DNA of 64,000 nucleotides from Adineta vaga (taxonomy: Eukaryota; Animalia; Rotifera): NCBI GenBank assembly GCA_021613535.1, contig CP075495.1:5332001-5396000 (forward strand), in the 5' to 3' direction. The notes below the pieces were generated by a model. That model saw nothing but the letters and a program-made list of their open reading frames with translations, had not been told where the DNA came from and searched no databases. Within the stretch, counting starts at the first letter, position 1, and every line of letters starts with the position of its first letter. A program made the translations under genes and the position numbers. Positions 36,927 to 49,379 of this stretch are shown here, piece by piece.

Positions 36927-39909
36927 TTATCCGCAATGTCCAATACCTAAAGATGATGCTGAAACAGGCAACATTTTCATCCATGAACGCATTGCATTGA
37001 TAACTGCTATATCACGATGTGTACGAGTATAACCATTACCAGTATAAGCACACGCCATTTTATCATATGCTTTAATATAAGGAACTGATTTACGGCATGT
37101 TTCACAGGTTATAGTACAAAGATCACATGATGATTTACCATCTGGAATTCCGAGATCACCATGAGTATGATAATAAGAGGAAAGAATAAATCGAATAGGC
37201 CAGTCATCATTATTGTTACCAACGCCATTTGGATTAGCAAAGAGACGAATTTCAAAATTACGATGTTCAGCTACAGGACAATTTTTTACAAGAACACACC
37301 CAAAATTGGCCATATCACGACTGCTCGAACCCGGATTTTGTTGATCATGATCATCATTTTGAATAACTACACGATGACGAGAGACAGTTGGATTATTTTG
37401 TGGTTCTTTTGGATATAAACCATCCCACATCTAGAGTAGACATATTCGAAAAAAGAAAAATTCAATGTATATTTACACAAGAAAAAGATAATCTACTTTA
37501 ATTTTATTGACTTCGACATCTGAACCAAGATCTTTCTTTAGAATATTCTCAAACATAGTACCATACCAAGATGGTCCTTGCCAGATCATACCAGCTTCTC
37601 CACCTTTTGTTTTTTTTCATTATAACAGAGGTCATCATATTCGATATTGTAATAAAAAAATTCTCTTACCTGTAAGAACTTCGAGCCAAACAAAGAAATC
37701 GTCTGGTAATTTGCCACCCATTTTAGTTTGAACTTTTTTCATTATAGCAGAAATATCTTCCGGTGACATATGTTTAGCTGCATCAATACGAAAACCACTC
37801 GCACCTAAACTTAACATATCAACTAGATATGCTGCTTGCCGTTCACGAACAGTTTCTCTTGATGTATCAAGATCAGTAAGACCAACGAGCCAACCATTAT
37901 TCAAAATGAATAAATCCGACCATGAACCAAGTACACGATCGCAATGAAAATCTTCCGGACCAATGGCAGCAGCAGGAAATTCATTTGAAGGTGCTTTACC
38001 TGTATTTGGATTATATTGATAAGTATAAGCATGTGTATAAAAAGGTGATTGCCGTTCAACAGGTGCACTACTTGTTTTATTACCCCATCGTACACAACCA
38101 TTAGGATTACGATGTTGATTCATATCATTACCAGCACCAGTAAAATGATTGAGTACCGCATCGATATACACTCGAACACCATGTCGACGACAAGTTTGAA
38201 TTAAATCTCGTAATTCTTCACGTGTACCCATACGACCATCTAAATTGTATGAAACCGGTTGATACCTATTAGAAAAAAAGAATTGAATAATATACTTTTT
38301 CTAAAAGAAAGGAAATGCAATCATTGAGAAATGTTACTTACATAAAATACCAAGGATTCATGGAATTTTCAAATGGTTGTGTTGACATTAATTGTTCGTG
38401 AACAGGAAATAATTTTACACCTAAATAACCAGCTTTAGCAAGAAATTCACATTCTTCTTTAACATCTTTATGTGGCCATCCAAACATTTCCGGTACAGCA
38501 CCTTTTTGTCCATTACGAAAATCACCCGATCGACTTGCAATTGGATTTGCATTCCAAACAAAATCAATATCAGGTAATTCTAAGGTTGATCCATCACTTC
38601 CAGTTACTGTTGCAAATAGAATACCTTTGTATGCATCCGTGAAACGTTTACATTTCGTTGTTTGAGCCATACCATCAAAGAAATAAGTTAATGTAACTGT
38701 ACCAGCATGACGATGTTTAGTTTCTAAACAAACATCAGCAGCATGTCGATCAGCACCAGTATAAATTATATCTGCATATCCAACCAGGACATGAAAATCT
38801 TGGTAAGATGCTTGATAACCATTTGTACCTGGTTTAGGTGTTTGCCAACGTTTAGTATCAGCACCTGGATTTGCATGAGATTGTGAACCACTTTCACAAC
38901 TTTCTTCTCGAAATACATTACATCCCGATAATTCATTTAGGCAATCTTGTGGACATGTTTGATAATTTTCATTGGCTTCACATATTCCATCACCGCATAA
39001 AGGACATTTTCCACAATCATTTGGACATGAATCACATGCTTCACTTTCCTCGCAAGTACCATCACCACATATAGCTGGTGGACATTCACCACAATCAGCT
39101 AAACATGTTCGACATGTTTCACCTAATTCACATTGACCATTGCCACAAACAGTTGCCAGCGGACGAAATGATAATTGTTTAGATATAGGATCAAACTCAA
39201 GTTTAACTGTACCAGCACTATTAGTCGAAAACTTACAATTTCCTCCATTTCCACAACCAATACTACCTGACCAAGAATTATCGAAAGTAACTTTCCATTC
39301 ATAGAATTTATTAGGTTTCAAACCAGAAAGAATAAGAAAATAGATGCAACTCGTACTATCCAAGGCCATTAAACTATTTGGTTCTGTAGCAAGCCATGCT
39401 GCAGAACTACCTAATTCTGTTTGATAATCACCAGATGCTCGAACAATTCGACCTTTATATGGATCCGAACATGTTGATGCTAATACAGTAGTTGAAACAC
39501 TTGGTACAACTGTTGATACACTATTCAATGGACTAGTTGATAGTTGTCCAGTAAATGGATTGTAAATAAGAAGAACTGCACCGGAAGAGGCACTATTGAA
39601 TTGACAATTTCCCCCATTATTACAACCTTTATCTCCACTCCATTGACCATTGAAAGCAACTTTCCAATCATAATTTGTATTTGCTGGTAAACCTCCAATT
39701 GATTTTTCATAGCGACAAGTATCTTGATTGAATGTCATTTGACCTTTCGTTTCTGATGGCGACCAATTAACACCTTGCTCACTACTTGCTGCAAGAAACG
39801 ATCCAGCAGCTACAACTAATACGCCCTGATGTGGATTTGTCTCACATCCATAGACAATAGTACCATGTGCAACTAAGGCAACGATGAATAAGGTGTGGAA
39901 TATATGCAT
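36927..39909 (-). CDS. Secreted multidomain alpha-amylase (GH13) with two putative starch-binding domains and Cys repeats; 3 introns (HGT candidate)
   Basis: Signal peptide MHIFHTLFIVALVAHG; GH13 motifs YQPVS, DAVLNH, GFRIDAAKH, WLEV, NDDHD; introns 38341-38266, 37669-37604 and one ending at 37431. Confidence 0.92.
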
Positions 39910-40482
39910 TCCTTCAGTGATTTGAATCAAATTGAATAAAAGTACTTCAATATATAGAAACCGAACAGATGATAATATTCCCAAAATAACGATGCGACCT
40001 TTATACAAAAAAAATACTGGATTATATTTTTCTCGTCCGTTATCTAAATCTTATTACATAAATGACAAAAGTATGTTGAGAAAAAAATGTTCTAATTCCA
40101 GGAGCAAATTTCTTGTGTTTTATCCAATATAAGGGTCAAAATCGGGTACATTCTATTATTTTGAAAAATAATTTAATTTGTTCATAAAATTTCATTGAGA
40201 CTTCTATACTATTTTTATCGTTGAACAATCTATTATTGAAACTGTTTGTGTACATTAAGTGATTGTACGTCTTTCAAATTTAGAAAGGTTATATTCAATA
40301 AACATAAAAAGTGTGAAAGTAGCGACGTTTTGATACAGTTCTAATAGTCATCGCTGGAGCATTTAATCTCTTTTTTTTATATTGAATAGATAATAAATTA
40401 AGAAAGCTTGTTTATTTATAAAATATCATGAAGTATAATTCAGAAAACGAAAAGAAACGATCAGTAGTTCAAACGTATATAA

Positions 40483-40732
40483 TCAACTGAATTTGTCGAT
40501 TTGAGTTGAGCGTTTGCGTGGTTGAGTCGTGATTACGCTACAAATATCTACATTGATTTATCAAAAGAATAAATAAAGAATCTTACCCTCTATCACGTCC
40601 AGGACAACAGCAATCAAGTGGAAGACATACAATGCAATCTACTGGACCACAGTCACAACATAACTAGATATATTTAATGTTAAAAAAAGTCAAAATAAAT
40701 CATTACTATCAATTCCTTACTGGTATACACAT
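40483..40732 (-). CDS. Three-exon 47-aa cysteine-rich microprotein
   Basis: Exons 40732-40721, 40663-40587 and 40537-40483 joined by GT-AG introns of 57 and 49 nt give MCIPLCCDCGPVDCIVCLPLDCCCPGRDRGVITTQPRKRSTQIDKFS*. Confidence 0.72.
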
Positions 40733-41219
40733 ATTGTTATCGTTGTTAATAAGAAATCACGAAAAGATAAAATGAACAAATGTACCTTTTCGCACTGTCT
40801 TCATTTCTCTTTCTTACGCCCTCTCTTTCTCTCTCTCTCTCTCAAACTGTCATTGTCAAACCTCCTATTCATTCGTTTATTCATCTAGAAACGCGTAGAT
40901 TTTCATTCATTTATACTTTTTTTTCTACTGTACGTATCCTTGTCACGGGCAAACCTATCATTTAATGACAAAACAAAGAACGATTACACATACGATAATA
41001 ATATATATATACACATCGAAAATCACGCGACTAAAATAAACGTACATAGTATATATAAAAGATGACTCAACTTATTTTCTTTTAAGTAGGTAGTATAAAC
41101 TATCGTTTCGAATATTTTATTTGTTGTGTCCCCAACAAATAATACAGTAATATCTGTTATATATTAGATAATCTAGTCCATTTTTTCAATTTACAATTCG
41201 ACAATTATCAACTGCACGT

Positions 41220-43523
41220 ATGGAAGGAAAAACATCTGATGATCAAAAAGTTCAATGGTATAAAAATGGACTTGAACGACCATTATTACCAAACACAGAT
41301 GCATTCAAAAATCGAAATATTTTTCTCATGTAAGTTAAATCAGTCCATAAAGATATTCTATGACATTTGTTATTTATTAAAGGGGACCCCCTGGTAGTGG
41401 CAAAACAAGTGTTGGACGTGAATTAGCTCATTTAATGAATAAATCATTTCTCGATATTGATGATGATTGGCTTGAACCACGTTGGAAAACAACTGTTTCA
41501 TCAAAATTATCTGAACTTGGTGATGAACAGTTCCTTGAAGCCGAAGGTCAAGAATTATTAGGTTTAAATCATCAAAATCGTATTATATCATTAACTGGTT
41601 CGAATCCATTGCATACAAAATCGATGGAACATCTCTCTCGACTTGGTATTTTTGTCTATTTGGATGTTCCTCGAGAGGCAATTTTAAATCGTTGTGAAAT
41701 CATGCGTGTTGATCGTATAGTTGGACAACGAACGAAAACTTTGAATGATATTCTTGCTTGGCGTGAACATATTTATGAAAAATCGTATGATATTAGAGTT
41801 ATTATCGGTAAAAATGAGACACAAAAAGATATAGCAAACAAAATTATCAAACAACTGAATAAACAATCTCAAATGTATGAAAGTACTCGAAGTGGTTTTC
41901 AAATAGAAAATCAACAATTTCTTGATGTTGTTCAACAAGGACTTTCACCTGATGGTGGACTTTTTAGTAAGAAAACATTTTAAATTAAATCTAACAATAA
42001 ATCTATTTTAATTATTCATAGTTTCACGTTCATTCAGTTCAATATCTCTTGATGAACTACAACGTTTAGTCGGTCTACCCTATCCTGAAGTTGCTTTGCG
42101 TGTTATAGAACGATTTCCTCTTGGTACTCTTCATCCATCTCATTTACGTAGTCTACTTTGGCAAGCTTATTCATCTTTCTCAGAACAAATTTTACCCATA
42201 CGTCACCTACGAAAAAATCAATATCTAATGGAAACATTTCATGGGCCAACAGCATCATTCAAAGATTTAAGTTTACAATTATTACCACGTTTAATGCAAT
42301 CTGCAACAGAATTAACATCGAAAAATGAACATAAAACTACAGGTTTAGGTCTACTTGTTGCTACATCTGGCGATACGGGTTGTGCAGCACTGGATGCTTT
42401 TGCTCGTTTGCCAGGTACACCTGTTATTGTTCTCTATCCAAATACTGGTGTTTCTATTGTACAAAAAGCACAAATGCAAACTGCAACCGGTGATGTTTGT
42501 GTATTAGGTGTTGATGCTGATTTTGACTTTTGGTAAGTATTTTAGGATAGGATTCCAATTGATAAAAAAACAGGTTTGTTACTTAGTCAAACAATAGTCA
42601 AAGAACTTTTTAATGATAAAGAATTTCTTTCTGATATCAATCAATTAATTCCTGGTCTTCATCTATCATCAGCAAATAGTATCAATTGGGCACGATTTTT
42701 ACCTCAAGTAGTATTTACAATCAATTCCTATTTACAACTCGTTGAGCAAAATATCATCAATCTCGGTGAATCGATTGATGTTTGCATTCCAACAGGAAAT
42801 TTTGGTAACATGCTTGGCGCTGTATATGCACGACAATTAGGTTTACCTATTCGAAATTTAATTACAGCATCGAATGAAAATAATGTGATTGCTGACTTTA
42901 TTCGAACTGGTTCATATGATTTACGTCATCGTTCATTTAAAAAAACGATTAGTCCAAGTATTGATATATTAATTAGTTCGAATTTGGAACGTTTTCTTTA
43001 TTTATTAACCGATGGAAATTATCAAATGATTCAAGAATTATTTCAATCTCTAGCACAAGATCGATATTTTAAAGTGAATTCAGATTTAATGAAACAAATT
43101 CAAACAGAAATTCAAGGTGATTGGACGACAGAAAATGAATGTCGAGAAATAATACGAGAGATTTATGATGAAACACAACAACTCATCGATCCACATACAG
43201 CTGTTGGTGTACATGTCGCAAATAAAATGTCGAAAACCAGTAACATACCCATACTTATATCAGCTACTGCTCACTATGGAAAATTTCCACAAGCTATATT
43301 TCAAGCAATTAGTAATGATAAACAATCATTATCATGTAATGATATATCAACATTGTTAAACGATTTACAATCATTGAAATCAACAACACCGATGCATCAT
43401 GAATTAATGAAATTACCCGAGAAATCTGTCATACATATCAAAACAGTCGAAGCGAAAAAATCTGCTATTATTAAAGAAATTAAAACATTTTTAGAAAGTT
43501 TTTCTAGACAACATTCATCGTAG
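41220..43523 (+). CDS. THNSL1: Threonine synthase-like 1 (shikimate-kinase-like plus PLP threonine synthase domains); true start may lie slightly upstream
   Basis: P-loop GPPGSGKT, GLSPDGGLF, PLP-Lys motif FHGPTASFKD, ATSGDTG, SANSINWAR, IPTGNFGN, DPHTAV. Confidence 0.93.
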
Positions 43524-44420
43524 TTATTTATTTTGAGATACAAACTTTCTCGTCATGAAAAGAGAAAAAAGCATTGTTTTGAAAAACTATGAACGGTATA
43601 AAATCTTATTTGCATTCTACTTTTTTCTAGCAACTATGAAGTCGTATGTTTTGTCAATCATATCAAAAACATGCTGCACAGAATCATATTTGTGATAATG
43701 CGCTTTTCATTTACCTTTGACCTCATCCATTATTTTCCCCATTTTTATAAAAACTAGATTAACTCTGTTCAGCCAACATGATATGTATATATATAGAGAG
43801 AGATTGATAGATGGATGTAAACATTTCATAACTTGATCTTCAAACATGAAATATCCAGTTTTACTTATTCCAAATAGTACAAATAATCTTCTCAATGATA
43901 AAATATAACCATCTGATGCTAAAAAAACTGTACGATTGAATTCAATCATTTGTTCAAATGACTGTATGTATAATGTTCAATAGACATGTTTCTATTCTGT
44001 AAACGATCATCATGAAGAATGTCGATGAATTTCTTTTCTTTTTTTTCTTCTAGCAAATCATTTGTCAAATCTAGAATTCATCTATCTTATCAAGCTAACT
44101 AAACATAGACAATTGCAATCATTATTCAATTGACGTCAATGTTCATCTTTCATTTTTGTTCTTTACATGTCTTTATCTTTTACTTGAACAAATAAGCAAG
44201 AGTAGAAGAAAGGGGGAAAAAAGAAGAAAAGTTTCATTCCATTCTATGCTATTCAATATCTAAAAAAAAATTAATTCTTTCGCTCTTATTCATATCTAAT
44301 ATTGCTTTTAGTCCACCCACTAATATGACCCTGTTCATGTATGTGTAAAGAATATTTTAACAAAGAAGAAAAAAAAGAAGAAGAAGAAGTGAACGTCAAG
44401 TGATCCAACTATTCGACAGT

Positions 44421-44429
44421 TATATAAAG
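44421..44429 (+). promoter_or_regulatory. TATA box of a putative distal COUP-TF promoter
   Basis: TATATAAAG about 130 nt before an ATG GAT C|GTAAGT exon end at 44556-44562. Confidence 0.4.
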
Positions 44430-45136
44430 GCGATTTGTCGTTGTCGTCGGTTTCTTCTTTATCGTAATTAATAATTACAAATCAAGAGTATGTGTATTGT
44501 TGTACCTTATTGATCAGATTGATTTTGACTTGAACAGACAGCCGGAAAGATCGACATGGATCGTAAGTACTTGTTCTCGCGCTTCGATTATCATTTTTTG
44601 TTACTACATCTATCATACGAACAATTGATTTAACCACTTTCGCAACAATTCTATAGAGACCTCTCCCATTCGCCCGTTGGCTGCTAGAATATCGAGTATG
44701 CCCATTTGATTTCTGTCACTTTAGTTAACATCTGACTGCGCATATATGTGTCTCCACCCTATTTTTCCGTCATCATCATCATCAACATCAATAGTACAAT
44801 GCTCTCTAACTTCTTTTCTTCTTCGTCTTTTTCTTCTCATTTTCTTAGCAGCAATTGAAATAATGTTGTTAGAAGTCGTTCTCGCTTATGTTCTCTCGTC
44901 AATTCTTTTCAATCAAAGATGCATTCTCATTGGCAGTAGTTAGTCGTTTCTTTTCCTTATAACAATGAATCAAAAAAAGAAAAAAAAAGTCTCTGGTAAC
45001 AATGCAGCAATAGCTAACATGCAAAAAAAAAGAAAGAAAAAAGAAATGAGAAGAAGAGAGAATGTTGTTCAACATATAGACATTGCTTAAAACATTTAAA
45101 AGTAGGGAAAAAAGAAAAGAGTTAAAGAGGCCATTC

Positions 45137-48100
45137 ATGGAGTCCAACGACCCGACACTATCAAACAAGACCTCAACACTATTACCATCGCCCTCAACCT
45201 GGCCAGCCTTGTACAGATCATATTTTGGTATGAATTGATTATATAACGAGATTTATACATATGCGTGTGTATATTGATTGTCTTGAATTGAGTACACTGA
45301 ATAGAAGACAAGAATCAGAGCGAGAAAGAAGAAATTGTGAAAAATCAGAAAAAAACGAATAGTTTATTAATTTTTTCATCTTAGAAATTAAATTGAACGC
45401 ACACATACACCCATATGTACATTAGACAAATTCTTATCACATGCAATGAATGAATGAATTCCGATAGAGAGAGAAAGAGAGAGGGAGAGATTTTGTTTTG
45501 TTTCTCAAACGAAATAATGTCCTGTCTGGAATGTAGTTCAGGTCATTGTGGTAATAAGTGTATAGTATAAGAGATGATGATGATGATAATGACAACGATC
45601 AATGAAACTTTTTCTTATTTCTTTTCGTTATATGAAAAAGAAAAGGGTTCAAAAACGAGATAAAGGTCTTGTTGTCAATACACCTTGAAAAAAAATCTTT
45701 AAAAAAACGAAGACGCGTCGCGAAGGTTACACACACATTTCGATGTCTTTTTCATCATTCATTGTCTCGACGAATATAGACCTTTTTTCTCTTCGTATTC
45801 TTTTCCTTCACTGTTGTTGTCACATTTACTTAACCTTTTCCTTTCGTTTTTTTCTCTTCGTCGTGTATCCCATCGCTTTATAGTATCTTGTCATTCTTTT
45901 CCTTGTTATCTTTTCTTTTTCTTCGTTTTTGTCATCGAAATTTCATCTTTAGTAAGTATATTTTCTTTACCTTGGAAGAAAATATTTCTTTTATTTTATT
46001 ATATTGATAATGACCAACAAAAAGGTCGCATTTAAACCATGTCCGTTTATTGTGAATACCAAATATCCGTTCTAATACAAGGTCATATGAAGCTATATAG
46101 TTAACGAGACTCAAATGTTCCCGATGTGTACGTATTTGATAACCAAATATATTGAAGAGAAACGGAGGAGGGAGGGAGGGAACCGGAGAGAGAGAGAAAA
46201 AAAGAGAAACAAAAAGCAAAATTCTTCCTCTTATTCTATTTTGACCATCGGCTATTGAATGATTTGTCCGAGTATGAATACATTCATATAATACAAATGG
46301 ATTGTAAGTAGAAGGAAATCTTTTCTTTTCTTCTTTTACATGAAATGTATTCATTGATAGTCTATCTTGTAATGAAAACGATTAACTAGGTAGATCCATA
46401 TCTCAATTCCACCTGAAAAGATTTGACTCTATTGTCCCACTTGACATATGCTTGTTTAAGTTAAGCATTGAAAGAGAAGTATATATGTATATATTCGTTC
46501 ATGTATATTTGAGTATCTATTATTGTCTTGATAGAAAAATTCGAATAAGTTGACATGTGTTTTGAAAATGATCAGCATGAGAGATTTAATTGTGCATATG
46601 TGATATTATTCTATATCTTTTCTTTTCTTTTCCCATATTTCATTCGTTCTATTCCTCTTTTTTTTTCGCCGAAAATGTACTTGATTGGTCACTTTTTTTC
46701 TTGCATATGCTAATGACATAGTTTATTGATTGGAGAAAATCAAAAAAATTATGATGATATGTATTTTTTTCTCTTTTATTATAGCTTTTGCATTTGGTTC
46801 ACCGATGACATTAATGAATCATCATCATCATCAACAACAACAACAACAATATATTCCACCATCATGGTCAACAACAGATAATAATACACGATTTCTTTCA
46901 ATTGATTCTCAACAACAGCAGCAGCAGCACCATTGTCGCCCCACATTTTCGAATGAAACAAATAATAATCAATATAATTTATCATCACATATTCAACCAA
47001 AATTAGAACCAAATAATATAATTATTAATGGAAATAATGAGACAATTCTTGATGATCAACGTCCAGATACTCATTCTTCAATGATGAATGATAAACAAAC
47101 GGTAGAATGTGTTGTTTGTGGAGATAAATCAAGTGGAAAACATTATGGACAATATACATGTGAAGGATGTAAATCATTTTTCAAACGTTCAGTTCGACGT
47201 AATCTGAATTATACATGTCGTGGAAAGTAAATGAAAAATCTTTTCATATGAATTGATTGTAACATTTCGTTTAATTCTAGTCGAAAATGTCCAATTGATA
47301 CACATCATCGTAATCAATGTCAATATTGTCGTTTTGCTCGTTGTTTAAAAATGGGAATGAGACGTGAAGGTAATAAAACATATTAAAAAATGATATAAAC
47401 TTCTTCTTCTTCTTCTTCCATTTAGCTGTTCAACGTGGTCGTGTTCCGTCAGTTTCTAATACATATGGTCATTTTACATTTCCACCCGATGCACATAATT
47501 ATTTAAATAATTATATCTCACATTTAGTTCGTGCAGAATCTTATTCCTTTATATCCAATCGTTTACAATCATCTTCATCATCGACACCAGCTGCAGGTAG
47601 TTCCTCAAATTCCAATTCTTCAACATCTTCAGACAATGGCAATTCAAATAATATTACTATGGATAATGCCTGTGAATTAGCAGCTAGTCTTCTCTTTGGT
47701 GCTGTTGAATGGGCACGTAATATTCCTTTTTTTCGAGAATTAACTTTGAATGATCAATGTTTATTATTACAACTTACATGGAATGAATTATTTTTATTAA
47801 ATGCCAGTCAATGTAACATGCCTATTCAAGCAACACAATTATTAATTATAAATGGTATTCATAATAATACCATTGATTCAGATAAAGTTCAAACATATTT
47901 AGATCAAACACGAAAATTTCAAGAACAAGTAGAAAAATTTAAATCAATGCATTTAGATCATGCTGAATATTCATGTTTGAAAGCAATTATTCTATTTACA
48001 CCAGGTAAAGACAAGAGAAAAAATGAAATCGATTGATAATTATTAAATTTTTGATTTTGTAGATGCACCAGGTTTATCCGATCCTGGACATATTGATAAT

Positions 48101-48430
48101 TTACAAGAGAAATCTGTTCTTGCATTAGAAGAATATATTAAAAGTCAATATCCATCACATATGAATCGATTTGGTAAATTACTTCTTCGTTTACCATCAT
48201 TGAAATTAGTTAGTTCACATGTGATTAAAGAAATCTTTTTCGTTCGTTTGGTTGGAAAGACACCAATTGAATCATTGATTCGAGATATGTTATTAACAAA
48301 TAATACATTTCCTAATGGAACAGTTCCAACAACATCATCATCAGCAACAACAGCAGCTGCAATTAATGTACCTACATTTAATCTTAATTCAACACAAGTA
48401 TCAAATCAATATTCAACATTTCCACAGTAA
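45137..48430 (+). CDS. svp: Nuclear receptor COUP-TF/seven-up (NR2F)
   Basis: [36 protein letters not shown]; [14 protein letters not shown] and [28 protein letters not shown]. Exon 45137-45227 (phase 1) splices in frame to 46785. Confidence 0.95.
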
Positions 48431-49379
48431 TAGAGGGGAAAAAAAAGAAACAATATTATTTTTGTTTTGACTAAAAGTAGAGGTTTGCTTTTATAAAGCA
48501 AAGGAAAGTATTCTCAGAAAAAAAAAGAAAGATTCAATTGGCGGACCTCTTCTTCTTCTTCTTCTTTTCTTTTTCATTTTTTTCTTTTTCTCTTCTCTCT
48601 CTCTCTTTCTCTTTCTTTTTTTGTTTTGTCATATAAGAAATAAAAAATCTATCTATCTATACATATATGTTAACAATACGGCATCTGCCGTGTTTGAAAA
48701 GTGTATGAGTTAAAGAATTGTCAGAAGGCGTTCACCCGGAAGTGATCTTTTTCTTCTTCTTAGATGGAAATTAACAGGAAAAATCGATTTAATTATATTT
48801 GATCCGGTTTTGATATTAATAATTGATTATGTCTTCAAGAGAAGAAGAAAAGAAAGAAGGAATATTGAATAGCTCAATCAAGATTAACAGTTATCAATAA
48901 GTCGGACTACAGATTAGAAAAGTTAATGATGTAAAATTACATGAGTTGGAATGAACAGTAGACATATTGAAACCTTAAGATGTTCTTGTAATGTAAAGAT
49001 AGATACACAATAAATTAGTTCGAAGAGAAACTTTTATTTTTTCTGAAGAAAAAATCATCTATGATACTAAATTAAGAAGTTCTCACACAATGAATATTTA
49101 AGTGATATTGTATTGCTTGCGCCATCTATGTTACGATGAATATATTCTTATAATGTAAAATATAGGAAATATTGAAACAAAGTTTTATTGTACTTTTTCA
49201 CGAATTGATTCAAGTATTTTTTTCATCTTAGAGTTCAATTAGATAGAGGCAAATCGTCTTCACACCAATCAAAATGTTCTCATAGTATTCGTTCATTTTC
49301 ATATCTTTTGTTTTGTCTACTTACGTCGTAAACGTAAACTTTCTCAATTCTAAAATCGAACTTGTTTTTCTCTTACTAG

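Noticed and set aside
45814-46354. ORFs inside the long COUP-TF intron
   Set aside because: Purine/pyrimidine-tract artefacts with no domain.
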